Below are positions 27,429 through 40,110 of a stretch of DNA of 64,000 nucleotides, in pieces; the first letter of the stretch is position 1, and each line of letters starts with the position of its first letter. This DNA comes from Octopus bimaculoides (lineage: Eukaryota). Location: NCBI RefSeq assembly GCF_001194135.2, contig NC_068987.1, forward strand, positions 1,471,477 through 1,535,476. Direction: 5' to 3'. A model generated the notes under the pieces. The model was not told the DNA's origin, ran no database searches, and saw only the letters and a program-made list of their open reading frames with translations. The position numbers and the translations under genes are program-made.

Positions 27429-28228
27429 TTATATATAAGTGTGTGTGTGGTCATATTTATGTCTACCTTGATCAGAGTAATTAGTATAAAGGTTAAGGGA
27501 TATAACTCTTACGGCATTGCACCATTTGTATTTTCTTAATTGGTTTGCTGATATCAAATGAAGCCAAATTTAAAGCAAGCGTATCACAAATGAATCTCAT
27601 ATTATTTACAGACTCCCAAAACTATTCAATATTGTATTTAGTATTGTTACCGTTTATAATGGAACGTAAAAACGTTTCGTCATATTTCTCAAACCTGGTC
27701 CTTAACCCAATTTCACAAAACCTGCCGAAAATTAGATACAATTATGATTTTTTTTAAAACCACGTGACGTAACTTCTCTCTCTTTATTGTTTTCTTTGTG
27801 TTTGTTGTTTTCTCTCTTATTTGCTTATTTTCGTAGTTATTTTCAACTTTAAGCATGTCAATTTAATGCATAAACAACCTATTTGATCTTCTGGAGAATG
27901 CTGAACCTGTCGGCCACCTCCATTATTTCTATCTCATCTTCCACCGTGCCATTCTTTAGTCGCGCTCGAAATCAATTCCACTCTTCTTCTTCTTCTTCTT
28001 CTTCCCCACAGTTTGGTTATTCTGTTTTACTATTTTAATTCTCAAATGTTTTTATAAATTGTCTCAAAGTACCTTTGAAATATCTGCTTATACTCTAAGG
28101 CTATTAGGTTCTTGCTAAGTTGATGGATTTAAACGTTATGATGAAAAGAAAAGCGTTTGTAGAACGAAAAATTATTACACTTACACACCTATACACATTA
28201 ACGGAGATATGCATACATATAAACACAC

Positions 28229-28288
<60 letters not shown>

Positions 28289-28589
28289 CTACATATGTAT
28301 GTGTGTATATGTGCATATATGCTCGTATGTGTATGTGTATGTGTATACGCCTATATATTTATACATACATACAATTATATATGATATATATACATTTATA
28401 TATACATATATATATATATTTATAAATATACATCTATATATATATATATATGTGCATATATGTATGTACATCTGTATGAATGTGTGTATGTACCTAAGTC
28501 TGTTTGTTCGTGTGTATGCATCTAAGTATGTATGAATATAGTGACATGCCAATACGTGAAAAACTAACCGAACATGGGAAAATATATGT

Positions 28590-29000
28590 ATTTATTAAGT
28601 GCATATGTTTCCCGCCTCCGTTTGAGAAAGTGTTCTCTCCTCTCCTATACCATCTGGTTCGGTTTTCTGTATTTGCGTTTTTGCCTCATAAAACAGTTTA
28701 CATACACCGACTCTTCCGACCCAACCAAAGTGCTTATCTAGTTTTGTTTAGATATGGCTGAGATAAAGGTTCTATTCAGTGGTAGCTGTTGCAATTTTTC
28801 CCAGAAACTTTCTCAAATACTTTGTGTTCTGTCTCCCAGATTTCAGGGTTATTTCATAATTGGTGCTACTTTATATTTTATATTGTAAATCAATTTTGGA
28901 TGCAGTTGATATATTTCTTCGGACACTCGTCTCACCAAGGCTGTGTAAAAGATACGACTGTCGGATGATCCACCTTGTATATCTACCTGCTCTTTTTGTT
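28590..29000 (-). mobile_element. Decayed PLE GIY-YIG endonuclease remnant
   Basis: IYKV..., LGETS..., CKLFYEAKTQI in the expected order across frameshifts. Confidence 0.45.
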
Positions 29001-30959
29001 TTTCCGTTAAATTAAATATTTGTAAGTTCTACGAAGAAATTAGTAAATATATTCGTAATTTCACCATAAGACTTAATATTACGCTAACAAAATTATTACA
29101 CCAGGTCTTATCTATGACAGTTTTATTCTTTTCCATCGTTAAACTATTCTAAAATATGTTACGATATATTGGGAAGAGTTGATCTTATTGAACGTCTATA
29201 ATATTAGCAAACTTTCTTGACTCCCCTAATACACCCTCATATTTTCTTTTTGTGTGTACACCGGGGCAACATGCTGAAGATGAAGTTTACGAGCTGAAAT
29301 AATCTTCAAATATTCGTGGAACACTTAATTTTCTGAAACATTAGTACTGACACAATCTTCCTTACAAGTGGCACATATATCTTTACATTTGATACATCAG
29401 TTGTCACACTTCCCTCATCGTGCCACTTCCTTTAATATCAGTGACACATGCCTCATTATTTGTGATGCACGCTGCGTTAATAATGACACATTCTTCATTA
29501 CAAGTGGCACATTACATGCATCATTATTAATGAAACGCCATATTTGTTCTAATATTTCTTTCATTAAGATCTTATATTTAACTGTTTATCTTATTGCTGA
29601 ATCTTCTCTAATCGTTAGAGTGTTCATCAGACTTTTTCTGTAATTTGAGTGGAGTTTTCGCGATCCGGTTGTCCCGTTGGTACTGTACCTAGCTGTCCAT
29701 AATTCAATGTCCATTATAGTTACTGTCATGTCACCATTTTCCATTGTGGAGTCAATTGAAACTTTTATATAATCGCGAATGTAATATGCTGTGTGGTTTC
29801 ATTCACATAACCTAATTTCCAACACCTTGGAGATCTATCGAGAAATCATTAGATAAAAACATTAGCATAGCAAAATACAGTGAGGTATAAATGTATTAAT
29901 ATTTGAAGGAGATAATTCTGTAAGAAGCAAACTGGGAAAAATGTATGTAACCGAATATTCAATGACTTTATTAACTGGCTACGGAAACAAACACAATCCT
30001 GTGTTAAGCTGTGTATGAAAGAGAAAAGTTAAACATCGCCGACTCCTTTAGGGAAAAGACATGAAGAAAAAGAAAATTGAATCATCGTTACATATCTTCA
30101 AAGTTATCATATTTGTCTCCGAATTTCAGTGTTTTGTATTTAAATATGGCTTTCAGGCTGCATCTGATTGCTCGATCAATTGTGGTTCTCATAACTGTTA
30201 GTATTTCAAGAAGGAAGGGCTGGATTGTTAGACCCGTTATAGCGGATAACAGTGCACTTTTCATCGCAGAAGTGATTGCGGAGGTTCACATAGTTGCGGT
30301 CAGACAAGACAACATTACCCCTGCCAATGGATAAATATTCTTTCCTATATTTCAAAGTGAGGAACAGACGCATTCAAAGAATCTTGACGTTATAGAGCAT
30401 CACATTCAATTAGACACATTGACTTTTCCACCGGAGCATTCGTAAACTTATTATCGACGTGTAAAATAGATAAATCACCTACTTCGATAGTTTCTGATAA
30501 GTTCGTTTGAAACTCTTCGGATGTCCGTTACATTGATGACGGATGGAAAAACGAATGGATGAATGGATTGATGGATAAATAGATAGAGAGATGAATAAAT
30601 GGCTACATGAATAGTTGGATCGATAGAGTGATGAAATGATGGATGGATGGAGTGAGGGAAGATGGGCGGGTAGACGGAAGGATGGACTGATATATATATT
30701 ATCTAAAATATTTCTACTCGGCAGGAAGACAACCAATAAGATGTTAAATATATGGAACCATATGGATCCCATTCATTTTAAGGAATATATGACAGTTTGC
30801 ATCCAAGGGAATATAGGGCATAAAGTAAACGGGAAACCTGTGTTACTAATATTCATCTGTAATATTTCACTTATATTTCAGCAAATTAATGTATTGAGTA
30901 GTTCAATTTACTTTGTGTAATTTCAAATATATCTTTTATGCATATATACACACATGCAA

Positions 30960-30992
<33 letters not shown>

Positions 30993-31114
30993 TAAATGAA
31001 TACACACACAAACACATACATATATGTGAGTATATATATATATCAAGATATATATATCTATATATACATGTACATACAAACATACGTGCATACATACATA
31101 TATATATACCTACC

Positions 31115-31149
<35 letters not shown>

Positions 31150-31190
31150 GTACATACATATAAATATTTCATATACATACATGTACAGAA

Positions 31191-31221
<31 letters not shown>

Positions 31222-31241
31222 CATACACACACATACACACG

Positions 31242-31296
<55 letters not shown>

Positions 31297-31661
31297 ACAT
31301 ACATACATGCGATCATGCAAACATATACATATGCAATCCTTGAAAATGCGTATGTATTTCTAACCATGTAGACATATAAACTATCTGCCACAACATTGCT
31401 CGTGTTTGTTGTATGCAAGGTAGAATGCACGAAAAACTGCATGTTTGGTGGCACGTGTGAGCAGCTACAAGCATGCGAGCAGGTGCATCTGTAATGTTTG
31501 ACATATCTTCGCTCTCTTGTTGTGTATGTTCTAGAAAATGTTACTGCGCACGAAGGCATGTGAACGTGTTGAGATAGAAATTGTAGATTACAATTTAGAG
31601 ACGCTAGCATTATCTGAATGTTGAAAGAAAATATATAAAACTATTGTCTTTAGGAAATACA

Positions 31662-31692
<31 letters not shown>

Positions 31693-31847
31693 GATTATTA
31701 TTATTATTATTCATTTCTTTGTTATTGAACCATGTTATGATAGTTGGGCACCAACAGGTGCACCACCTTGTTTCTTGAGGTGTTTGCAACAATGTCTATT
31801 GGGAGTGTGCGATGGTGTTCGTTTGTTTCTAGTACTTATGATTGAAA

Positions 31848-31885
<38 letters not shown>

Positions 31886-32574
31886 NNNNNNNNNNNNNNN
31901 NNNNNNNNNNNNNNNNNNNNNNNNNNNNNNNNNNNNNNNNNNNNNNNNNNNNNNNNNNNNNNNNNNNNNNNNNNNNNNNNNNNNNTGTATAGAGGCTCTG
32001 GATGTCTAGAGTGAAGAGAAGCTTAGAAGGGCCTGATATATATATATATATATATACACAAACAAGGCTGTTCAAGCAGAACCGCATATTGGAATGTCGA
32101 AAGAATAGTTCATTAAAAGAAAATTCTTTAAAAAAGACCTTAGCTGAGATTTTCTGTATTTTTGTGTTTTTTGCATTTTCCTGTTAAACGAATAAATTTT
32201 GAGAAGTTGTTCCATTGATACGTCATTTGGAAGGTAAGTGGAGACAACATCCGATTGGCATGTAATCCAGGCCTCCATGAGCTATTTCTTCTCGAGCAAA
32301 TACTGAGGTTATCGCACTCGCTCACATGCAGGCACATGTACACACTCAGCCATGCGTAGATATGGACATTCATATATATATATGAAAATAAACAAATGGA
32401 TTTGTGTTTGTGTAAATATGCTTCTATATGCATGCGTGCATGTGATGTGCTGATATACTACCTTTCTACATACACGTTTATGTAAATGCGTATATGTATC
32501 TCTATGTATATTCTATAAATATATATAGCCACCACATGGATATATGTAAATATGCTTCCATATATAATCAGCTC

Positions 32575-33195
32575 AGAATCTATGAGTCACAAGGGCAATC
32601 ACTCGCATACTGGTCAATCGACCATTTGCACAACACAATATTATAGGTACATTTGAATCGATTTTATGAAACCGATTAGTGAAGTCGACTGAGATGCACT
32701 GCCTTTCCAACCACAGATCCTCTTTCAGGATCCTTGGAGAGGAGATATGGTAGGACTTTAAGCAGCCATGTATGGCGGCTGAAAGACGAAGGAATTCCAC
32801 ACGTAATGTCATGGAAGATCCTAGAAAATTCCGGCTCCTACATCAATGGGACCAAGTGTTGTAAGCTATGCATAGCCAAACAGACGAGGATATTAAAGGA
32901 CTCCTTTAATCGGGGGGAAACATCATTAACTCTGCAGATTTAGCACCCTGCTTGCATTTCAGGAATTCCTACTAACGTCATGAACCCCACAAGTCAACAG
33001 GGTCAATCACGGATAGCGGCCACAGGGAGACAATCTCCCGTTGTTGACAAACAGTAACTAGGTCTCTTCCTCCTCTGTATTCTACAGAGGCCATTTGCTA
33101 GAGAGAGACCATAGGCCAACGGGTTTTAGGGTCTGAAGAAACGCTGCAAATGCAAGCGCTTTATGGATTTGAAACCTCGGGTAACCCTATAAACC
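32575..33195 (+). mobile_element. PLE 3' end: GIY-YIG remnant plus 3' UTR/pLTR
   Basis: IGTFE..SNHRSSFR / TLSSHVWRLKDEG...WKILENSGSYINGTKCCKLCIAK / SLNSADLAPCLHFRKFLL-like C-terminus, with frameshifts. Confidence 0.85.
33127..33189 (+). ncRNA. Type-I hammerhead ribozyme at the PLE 3' end
   Basis: Stem I UAGGGU/ACCCUA, CUGAAGA (33133-33139), GAAA (33171), stem III ACC-UCG-GGU, GUA cleavage triplet; stem II irregular. Confidence 0.65.
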
Positions 33196-33786
33196 AGCCA
33201 TATCTGCCTTTATATGTATATATACATGTGTATGCGTGTGTGTATACACACTTATATGTATATATATACATATATATATNNNNNNNNNNNNNNNNNNNNN
33301 NNNNNNNNNNNNNNNNNNNNNNNNNNNNNNNNNNNNNNNNNNNNNNNNNNNNNNNNNNNNNNNNNNNNNNNNATATATATATATGCACACACACACATGC
33401 ACATATATATGTGTACACACATCTCAGACACATATATATATCTATTTATACATGCACATATATGTACACATCACACACACATGTATATACATATCTATCT
33501 ATCCATCCATATATCTATACACTGGATTTGGTTAAAAAGAGATGAGCGATGGCTAGAAGAATATTGAGCCTTATTTAATAACCAGCTGAACTAGTGAGGG
33601 TGGGGATGCGTGCATTGATGCCGTCGAAAGGTAGGCCCCGAAATGGGACGCATTTTTCCCTGATGACTCCATACATTTGTTGGCTTCCGGTATGCGGAGC
33701 TCGCTACTGGTAGCACTTGCATGTGCAAGTTGTTTGCAAAACATAGTGTTTGAAGTGGGATACAGATATTGAATAATGAGAAAAAG

Positions 33787-33912
33787 AAAGCAGTCAGAAT
33801 TCTGGATAATCCTTTATTAGCGTTTTCGTTCGGTTTTCGAACTCATCAAGACAAAATCAAAATGTTAAAAACAGAACGTTTCGGTGTTCATCTATATGAA
33901 TCGGATGCTTTT
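33787..33912 (-). repeat. ~125-bp arm of an inverted repeat carrying an HHR-like motif
   Basis: Reverse complement of 34921-35045; UUGAUGA-GUUCG-AAAAC-CGAAC-GAAAACGCUA. Confidence 0.8.
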
Positions 33913-34920
33913 TGCTTTGTTCAGAAGAGGAGAATATTGTTTTTGCTTTTTTTGAAAAGAGGAGAGAGAGAGAGAAGTAAAGGTGGGAAATGGATAGAGA
34001 GAGAGGTTTTAGGACAGCCAAGAAAGAGGAGAAGAAATACTAAAGGGTGGGAAAGCATAGATAGATAAAGAGAAAGCTTTCTGTTCAATTTGTTGATGTG
34101 GTCAATTCATTAAAATTTCATTTCAAAGCATATTTCTTTTTTCTTTCTCCTTTCTGTTATACACCTGTCAACATATTTGTAAATAAACTCATTTTCTCAC
34201 AAGGCCTGGTGACCTTTCAAAGATGTCAATTTTAGGAAACAGGATCAAAGAAATAAGAAAATGGGGGAGGGTGCGGTTATCCCTGAAAAATAAAAAAGCG
34301 TTCCTTTACATTTGTATAGCTAAGTCCCATATTCAGTGTAATTCTGTGTTATGTGTTGCATGAACAAACATTAAATATTAGTACAATATTCATAAATTAG
34401 GAAAATATAGTCAGCCTTTTAAAAAGTAATTTGGTACTGTTTCTAATTTAATCTATTCTCTTACACATTTAATCAAAGCTCGTAAATGTGTTTTGTACGC
34501 ATATTGTATATTTAGCTGGAAGCTACTCTGTACGATATAAATTAGATGATAAGGAAGGCCTGCTTAAATGTATTTTTTTGAGTATCTTTCATCCTTTTCT
34601 AGGATTTATTTTTCTTTCTCTCCCTTGCTTAGATAAGAGAATTCAAAACAGATCCTTTTTCACGAATTTCTTCGCCAAGTAGCTACATTGGATATCTTTC
34701 CTAATCAGTGGTAAAATGGTTCTAGTATTGTTTCTTGAGTATATGTAAGTTCTATAAGAACAACAGTTCTCAAAATCCCAATGTTATATATATATATATA
34801 TATATCTGATCATTTCTGTCTATTCCCCGCCACGTTGCTTTTCTTTCTCCCTCCCCCCATTTTTTTCAAAACAAGAAACAAAAAACAAAACCAATATTCT
34901 CCTCTCCTAAAAAAAAAAAG

Positions 34921-35045
34921 AAAAACATCCGACTCATATAAATAAACAATGAAACCTGCTTTTTACAATTTTGATTTTGTCGTGACGAGTTCGAAAACCG
35001 AACGAAAGCACTACTAAATGATTATCCAAAATGTTGACTGCTTCC
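34921..35045 (+). repeat. Second arm of the inverted repeat with HHR-like motif (runs into gap)
   Basis: GUGACGA-GUUCG-AAAAC-CGAAC-GAAAGCACUA at 34982-35013. Confidence 0.8.
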
Positions 35046-35352
35046 NNNNNNNNNNNNNNNNNNNNNNNNNNNNNNNNNNNNNNNNNNNNNNNNNNNNNNN
35101 NNNNNNNNNNNNNNNNNNNNNNNNNNNNNNNNNNNNNNNNNNNNNNNNNNNNNNNNNNNNNNNNNNNNNNNNNNNNNNNNNNNNNNNNNNNNNNNNNNNN
35201 NNNNNNNNNNNNNNNNNNNNNNNNNNNNNNNNNNNNNNNNNNNNNNNNNNNNNNNNNNNNNNNNNNNNNNNNNNNNNNNNNNNNNNNNNNNNNNNNNNNN
35301 NNNNNNNNNNNNNNNNNNNNNNNNNNNNNNNNNNNNNNNNNNNNNNNNNATA

Positions 35353-35428
<76 letters not shown>

Positions 35429-35949
35429 TATATATATATACATACATACGCGCATACATATACACATACACACATTCACACATATATACACATATTCATA
35501 CATACATACATACACACATACAAAATTGATATGTATGATTTAAACTTCAGAAACGTTACTCCGGGTATTTCCTTACCAATTTTAGAACATCAAAATTTTA
35601 AATTGTGAGTACCCATAGAAGTCTTTCGTGCAACCTCTCTTGCACAATTATTGTTATTTTAATATTAATGTTTATTTTTGGGAGTAACTTTGCTAAAAAC
35701 ATACAGTAATGCTATCAATGCGAGAAAAACGAATTATTAAATGAAGATATAATAATGATATAAAAGGTAAGATATACAATAATAAGCTCGAATATAAATA
35801 GCGTTTTTCTTTCCGATAACGGACAGTTCATGGTAGTTGACTCAAATGAGAAAAGTTTAAAAAGTGAGAAAAGTAATATTTTCCAGGAAAAAATTCTTAC
35901 CAGAAAATATTTTCCATTATATTTAACATATTAATTGCCTTATGGGTAA

Positions 35950-37300
35950 TATAAGATAAAATATAAGATTCTTCAATCATAATTTCACGTAATGTTAGCC
36001 CGAATTGAAAAATTCAAACTTTTTATTGGAACCATTGCTATCAGCTTTACAGTTGAACACGGAGACAATGAGGATTGCATACAATGAACCGAAAGTTAAT
36101 ATCATTATAAGAAAACTAATGTTTGGTAAGTGAATTTTAAAAACCATAAACTGTGTATGTATTAAGGACCAAAAATATTTCTATAAAAGTATTCATAATT
36201 TTTGAAGGTATGGCTAGAGTGAAGACATTTTATTAAAAAAGAAGAGAATATTTTGTAATGCAAATACTTGTGTCAGAGTTGATTATATTTTGTTTTAAAG
36301 AAAGTTAATGTCAGATAAATGTTGGATTTAGGAGCAGTGTCATTACTATTAAAAAGACGACTGGTTTGGTTGTAACAGGTCCATGAACTTGTGGGAATTA
36401 TATAATTTCGGTGGTAAAGGCCCGTGGTGAGACTATAACAGAGATTGAATAGTTAACGGGACAAGAATTGCTGAATTTAAGAGGTTTTGTGCTCCACAAA
36501 TGCAAAATTATAATGTACAATATCTGTAACCATAAAGGAAACGTTTCTCAATCTAGTGACTGTGGATTAAATCCTCGCAGATTGATTGATCTCCTTTTAG
36601 ATATTTAAATATAATATTTATCTTCTATGCAATCAAGTTTGTCTGTCAGACTGACATTATTAATTCTTTGTTATCGTGTGCTGTACCCTTAAGAAAGGCC
36701 TCGTCAGAAGCTAAACGGAATACGTGTTTACTAACGCTATATACAAGCTACACTAATTATGCTGTTATATAAAAAGGTTTCTTTTCAATTTGTGGTAGGT
36801 TTGTTCGGAATTTCTGCAAGTTAAAAAGATATTCCGAAAATTAACCACACAAATTATTATTATAAATCGTAATCCTTACGTCTAATTCTGATGTCTTTTA
36901 CTAAATCCATTTAATCAATAACCGTTCATATTACGATCTCTTTTTAATCCCTCGTACCGTAATAAACCACCTTCAAAAAATATTTAACATAATTATGTCC
37001 CCTAATTACTACACATGGTGCCATCAAAAGTTCCTCAACTTTCATTTGAATCTTAAATGACCTGTTAAAGGATAAAAGAGATTTCCTTGCAGGTGTAATA
37101 ATCCTGATGCTAGATTCATTGATGAAGCACAAGACATTAAATATAACAATTTTTGGAGAAGATTTTTTGTTAGCGATGGATAGAGTTCTCTTGTATCCAA
37201 TAGGATTTTTTGTTTATGAAATCATATTACTGAAAGCCATAAAACCACTTTATGACAGATACGGGAGTCACGTATCCACCATAAAGTTATGAATAATATT
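35950..37300 (-). mobile_element. Decayed Penelope-like element ORF (RT, thumb and C-terminal GIY-YIG)
   Basis: Collinear DTRELYPS, IITPARKSLL, FDGTM, GLLRYEGL (cf. GLYRDDGL), VVNF, GFNP (cf. WFNPP) and VNYS motifs; many stops. Confidence 0.8.
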
Positions 37301-37897
37301 ATTCCACAATGGAATAAAAAGAGCTTTAATTTTAACAATAACCAATTTTAATGAATGTACTCACCCTTATTACAACACACAATTACTAGAGTTAATTAAC
37401 CAATATATGTTGTTTCTAATAAAGTAATGTCGTAATATGGTAACGCAATGTCGGTAATTAGTACGCTGGAAATCCCTCTTATGTCACGGAGGATATTTCT
37501 ACCGTATAATATTTGGCGAATGCTCCGTAGTACTTTCATATTGTAGTAAAGAGTTTCATAGGAGTAGAAAGTGGTTGTTTTTTCTTAAAACAAATTAAGA
37601 TTGTTTGACTAGGCCTACCTAGAGCGGCTTTATTACATCATTGCTTATTCAAATATGTTCTGTCGGAGTCGATGTAGAAAATCCTGTCACAATGTTATGC
37701 ATTTTTCAAGAAGTGTCATTTCCAATCAAGATTTGTGATCTTTAGTATAGTAGCTGTGAATAATCATTTTACTATACCTAGCCATTCTAGCAGGACAGAT
37801 ATTAGTACTACTATATCCGTTAGATTGCATTTCTTTATTTAGGTCATCATCATCTTCATCCCCACCACCACCATTATTATGCTCATTACTATTAATT

Positions 37898-38075
37898 AAG
37901 GTGGCGAAATAGCAGAACCGTTAGTACGCCGTGCATAATGTTTAGTGACATTTCGCCCGACTTCGCCTTTCACCCTTTCGGAGGCGATAAAAAATAAGTA
38001 CCAATTGAGTGCTGGGGTCGATTTAACTGGCTGACCGGCTTCCCAAAGCTTTATAGTCTTATGCTGAAATTTGAA
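37898..38075 (+). mobile_element. tRNA-derived SINE (OK/Meta-like)
   Basis: AGGTGGCGAAATAGCAGAACCGTTAG...TTTCACCCTTTCGGAGGCGATAAAA...GGGGTCGAT. Confidence 0.8.
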
Positions 38076-38708
38076 ATGACAATTACAAAATAATTTAGGC
38101 AGCGAGTCTAAATGAAATCATTATTATTATTATTATTATTAACATTTATTGAGTTTATGGCTCTTGTGTGTTTTTCCGACATAACATCGTATCGACATTC
38201 AAGTCCAGAGTTTTGAAACGATTTTGTTATTGGAGCTGTTCCACATAAAAGGTTCCCAGCGCCTACTTTCTTTTATGTTAGCAACATGTGTAAGTCCCGA
38301 AGTCTGGGCCATATTTAAAAGATTGTTTCGGTTTTTCGTACCAAGTTACAGATTGTCGTTATAATTAATAATTGGTTTTCAAGCATAAATTATCGTGAAT
38401 TTACGTTGATCCTTTCATGAATAAACCTCTCCTTTCCAATTGGAACTTAGTAACAATTTCCAAATGATATTGCTTGACTTCCTCTCCTGTGTACAATGAC
38501 GTGGGTCAGATATACTCAGTTTTTTTAAAGTTGATTTGTGTGAAGCAGTATTAAATTAAGATTATATAAATCAGATATTTCTATAGTTAGATAAATATAT
38601 AAATCAGATAGTCGCGCTTTAGAAGATGAATGAGGAAATAACGATAAGGTCGGGTTCCCGAAATCAAAATGTTACAGAGGACAACGTTTTCATGTCTTTC
38701 AAATAATA

Positions 38709-38840
38709 CAGTTATATATTTAAGAGATGAGGAATTATGTATATTATTTACATTTGACGGTTATTTGTCCTCATCTTGTTTGTTATTAACACAACGTTTC
38801 GGCTGATATATTCTCCGGCCTTCATCAGGTGTCTTGGGGA
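38709..38840 (-). mobile_element. Solo 3' (hammerhead) portion of the tRNA/hammerhead element
   Basis: Reverse complement GACAC-CUGAUGA-A-GGCCG..CAGCC-GAAACGUU-GUGUU (38788-38833) plus terminal CCTCATCTCTTAAATATA; core intact. Confidence 0.85.
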
Positions 38841-39819
38841 ATAATTCGAGAAATATGTAAGTCCTGATCACCCCACCCCCGCCACTGCTCATGTACTGCA
38901 TTTTAGTTATAAGAAGAAAAACTATTTGAAGGATGTCGTAGAGGATGCAATCGACTTACTGTACGTGACAAAAAGAACCACGTGATGATTTTGTGTCCAG
39001 AAGGGATGAAAAGCAGTGAAGTAAAGAAAGCAGTCATACGATGAAGAGTGTTAAACTAGGCAGGAAATCCCAGGAGCCTCTACTGTCAGAGTATCACTGA
39101 TTGCAACTCAGAAAATAACAGAGAATTTGTCTGATTCTCAGTGCCAAGAATTAAATACTCGTAAGTCGAAGTGGGTTTATCTAATAGTACCATGATACAG
39201 TTATGCGGTGATGAGCGGAAGGTGGCCGGAGAAATGATGAGCTCTTTGGATAATTCAAATATAAAAAGAAAGAAGACGCAGGAAAAAAAAGCGAGTCCAG
39301 ACGAAAGATGACCCAACCGCGTAAAGAGGAAGCGAATGCTTTCTGATACAGCATGAAGTTCATATTCGTTAAAGTTGAAAACTTTAAGGTTCCATCTGCG
39401 GCATTTGAACAAACAGTTCATGGATTAAAGAGAAAACGTGATTTTATGCAAGACTTAAATGGCAGATACTGGTAGCAATCTACCTTAACGACATATACTT
39501 CCGGTTATATCGGAAGTTATCGATTCCAAAGCCAGGAATTTTATGACCTTCCTTAAAACAATCTCGATGGTGACTTTCCACCCGTGTGAGGCGGGTTACC
39601 TTTCTTGGCTTTCATTGATGTCAATTCATTTTCATTTCTTATGTATTTATTTCTGTATTTCTTGGAAATTAATGCGTCACTTTACTAAAGATTTTGTCGC
39701 CCACCCACCTCGAGGGTTTGTGCTCATCCCCACTTGCTTTATAAACTGCATCTGTCTCTGAATAAACGGAGATCAGAGCAAAGAAAGCAAATAGATTATT
39801 AGGGCGACAAGAATCGGCA

Positions 39820-40110
39820 AAAGGCGACATGCTGACGGCATCGTTAGCACGCCGGGCGAAATGCTTGGCAGTATTTCATGCTTCTTCGTGTTCTGAACTC
39901 AAATTCCGCCGCAGTGGATTTTGCCTTTCATCGTTTCGGGGTCGAAAAAAAAAGTACTAGCTGAGTACTGGGGTCGATGTTATTGATTATCCCCTTCCGC
40001 CAGATTTCAGGCCTTGTGCCTAGAGTGGAAGAGATTATTAGGGCGTCGAGCCGGTAAAAGTGTTAGAGCTTCGGACAAGAAGTACTCCGCAAGATTTCCG
40101 TTTCTTTATT
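39820..40110 (+). mobile_element. SINE (OK/Meta-like) followed by a second SINE head
   Basis: GTTAGCACGCCGGGCGAAATGC...TCGTTTCGGGGTCGA; AGATTATTAGGGCG repeated at 39793 and 40032. Confidence 0.8.

Noticed and set aside
31380-31500. EGF-like peptide CTKNCMFGGTCEQ
   Set aside because: Lacks the final CxC, the frame closes quickly, and splice signals are weak.
36020-36830. Plus-strand resemblance to LSU rRNA motifs (ATGTTGGATTTAGGAGCAG, ACTATAAC), suggesting a NUMT or rRNA
   Set aside because: Spacing is inconsistent, hallmark 16S/23S motifs are absent, and the minus strand is better explained by collinear PLE RT/GIY-YIG motifs.
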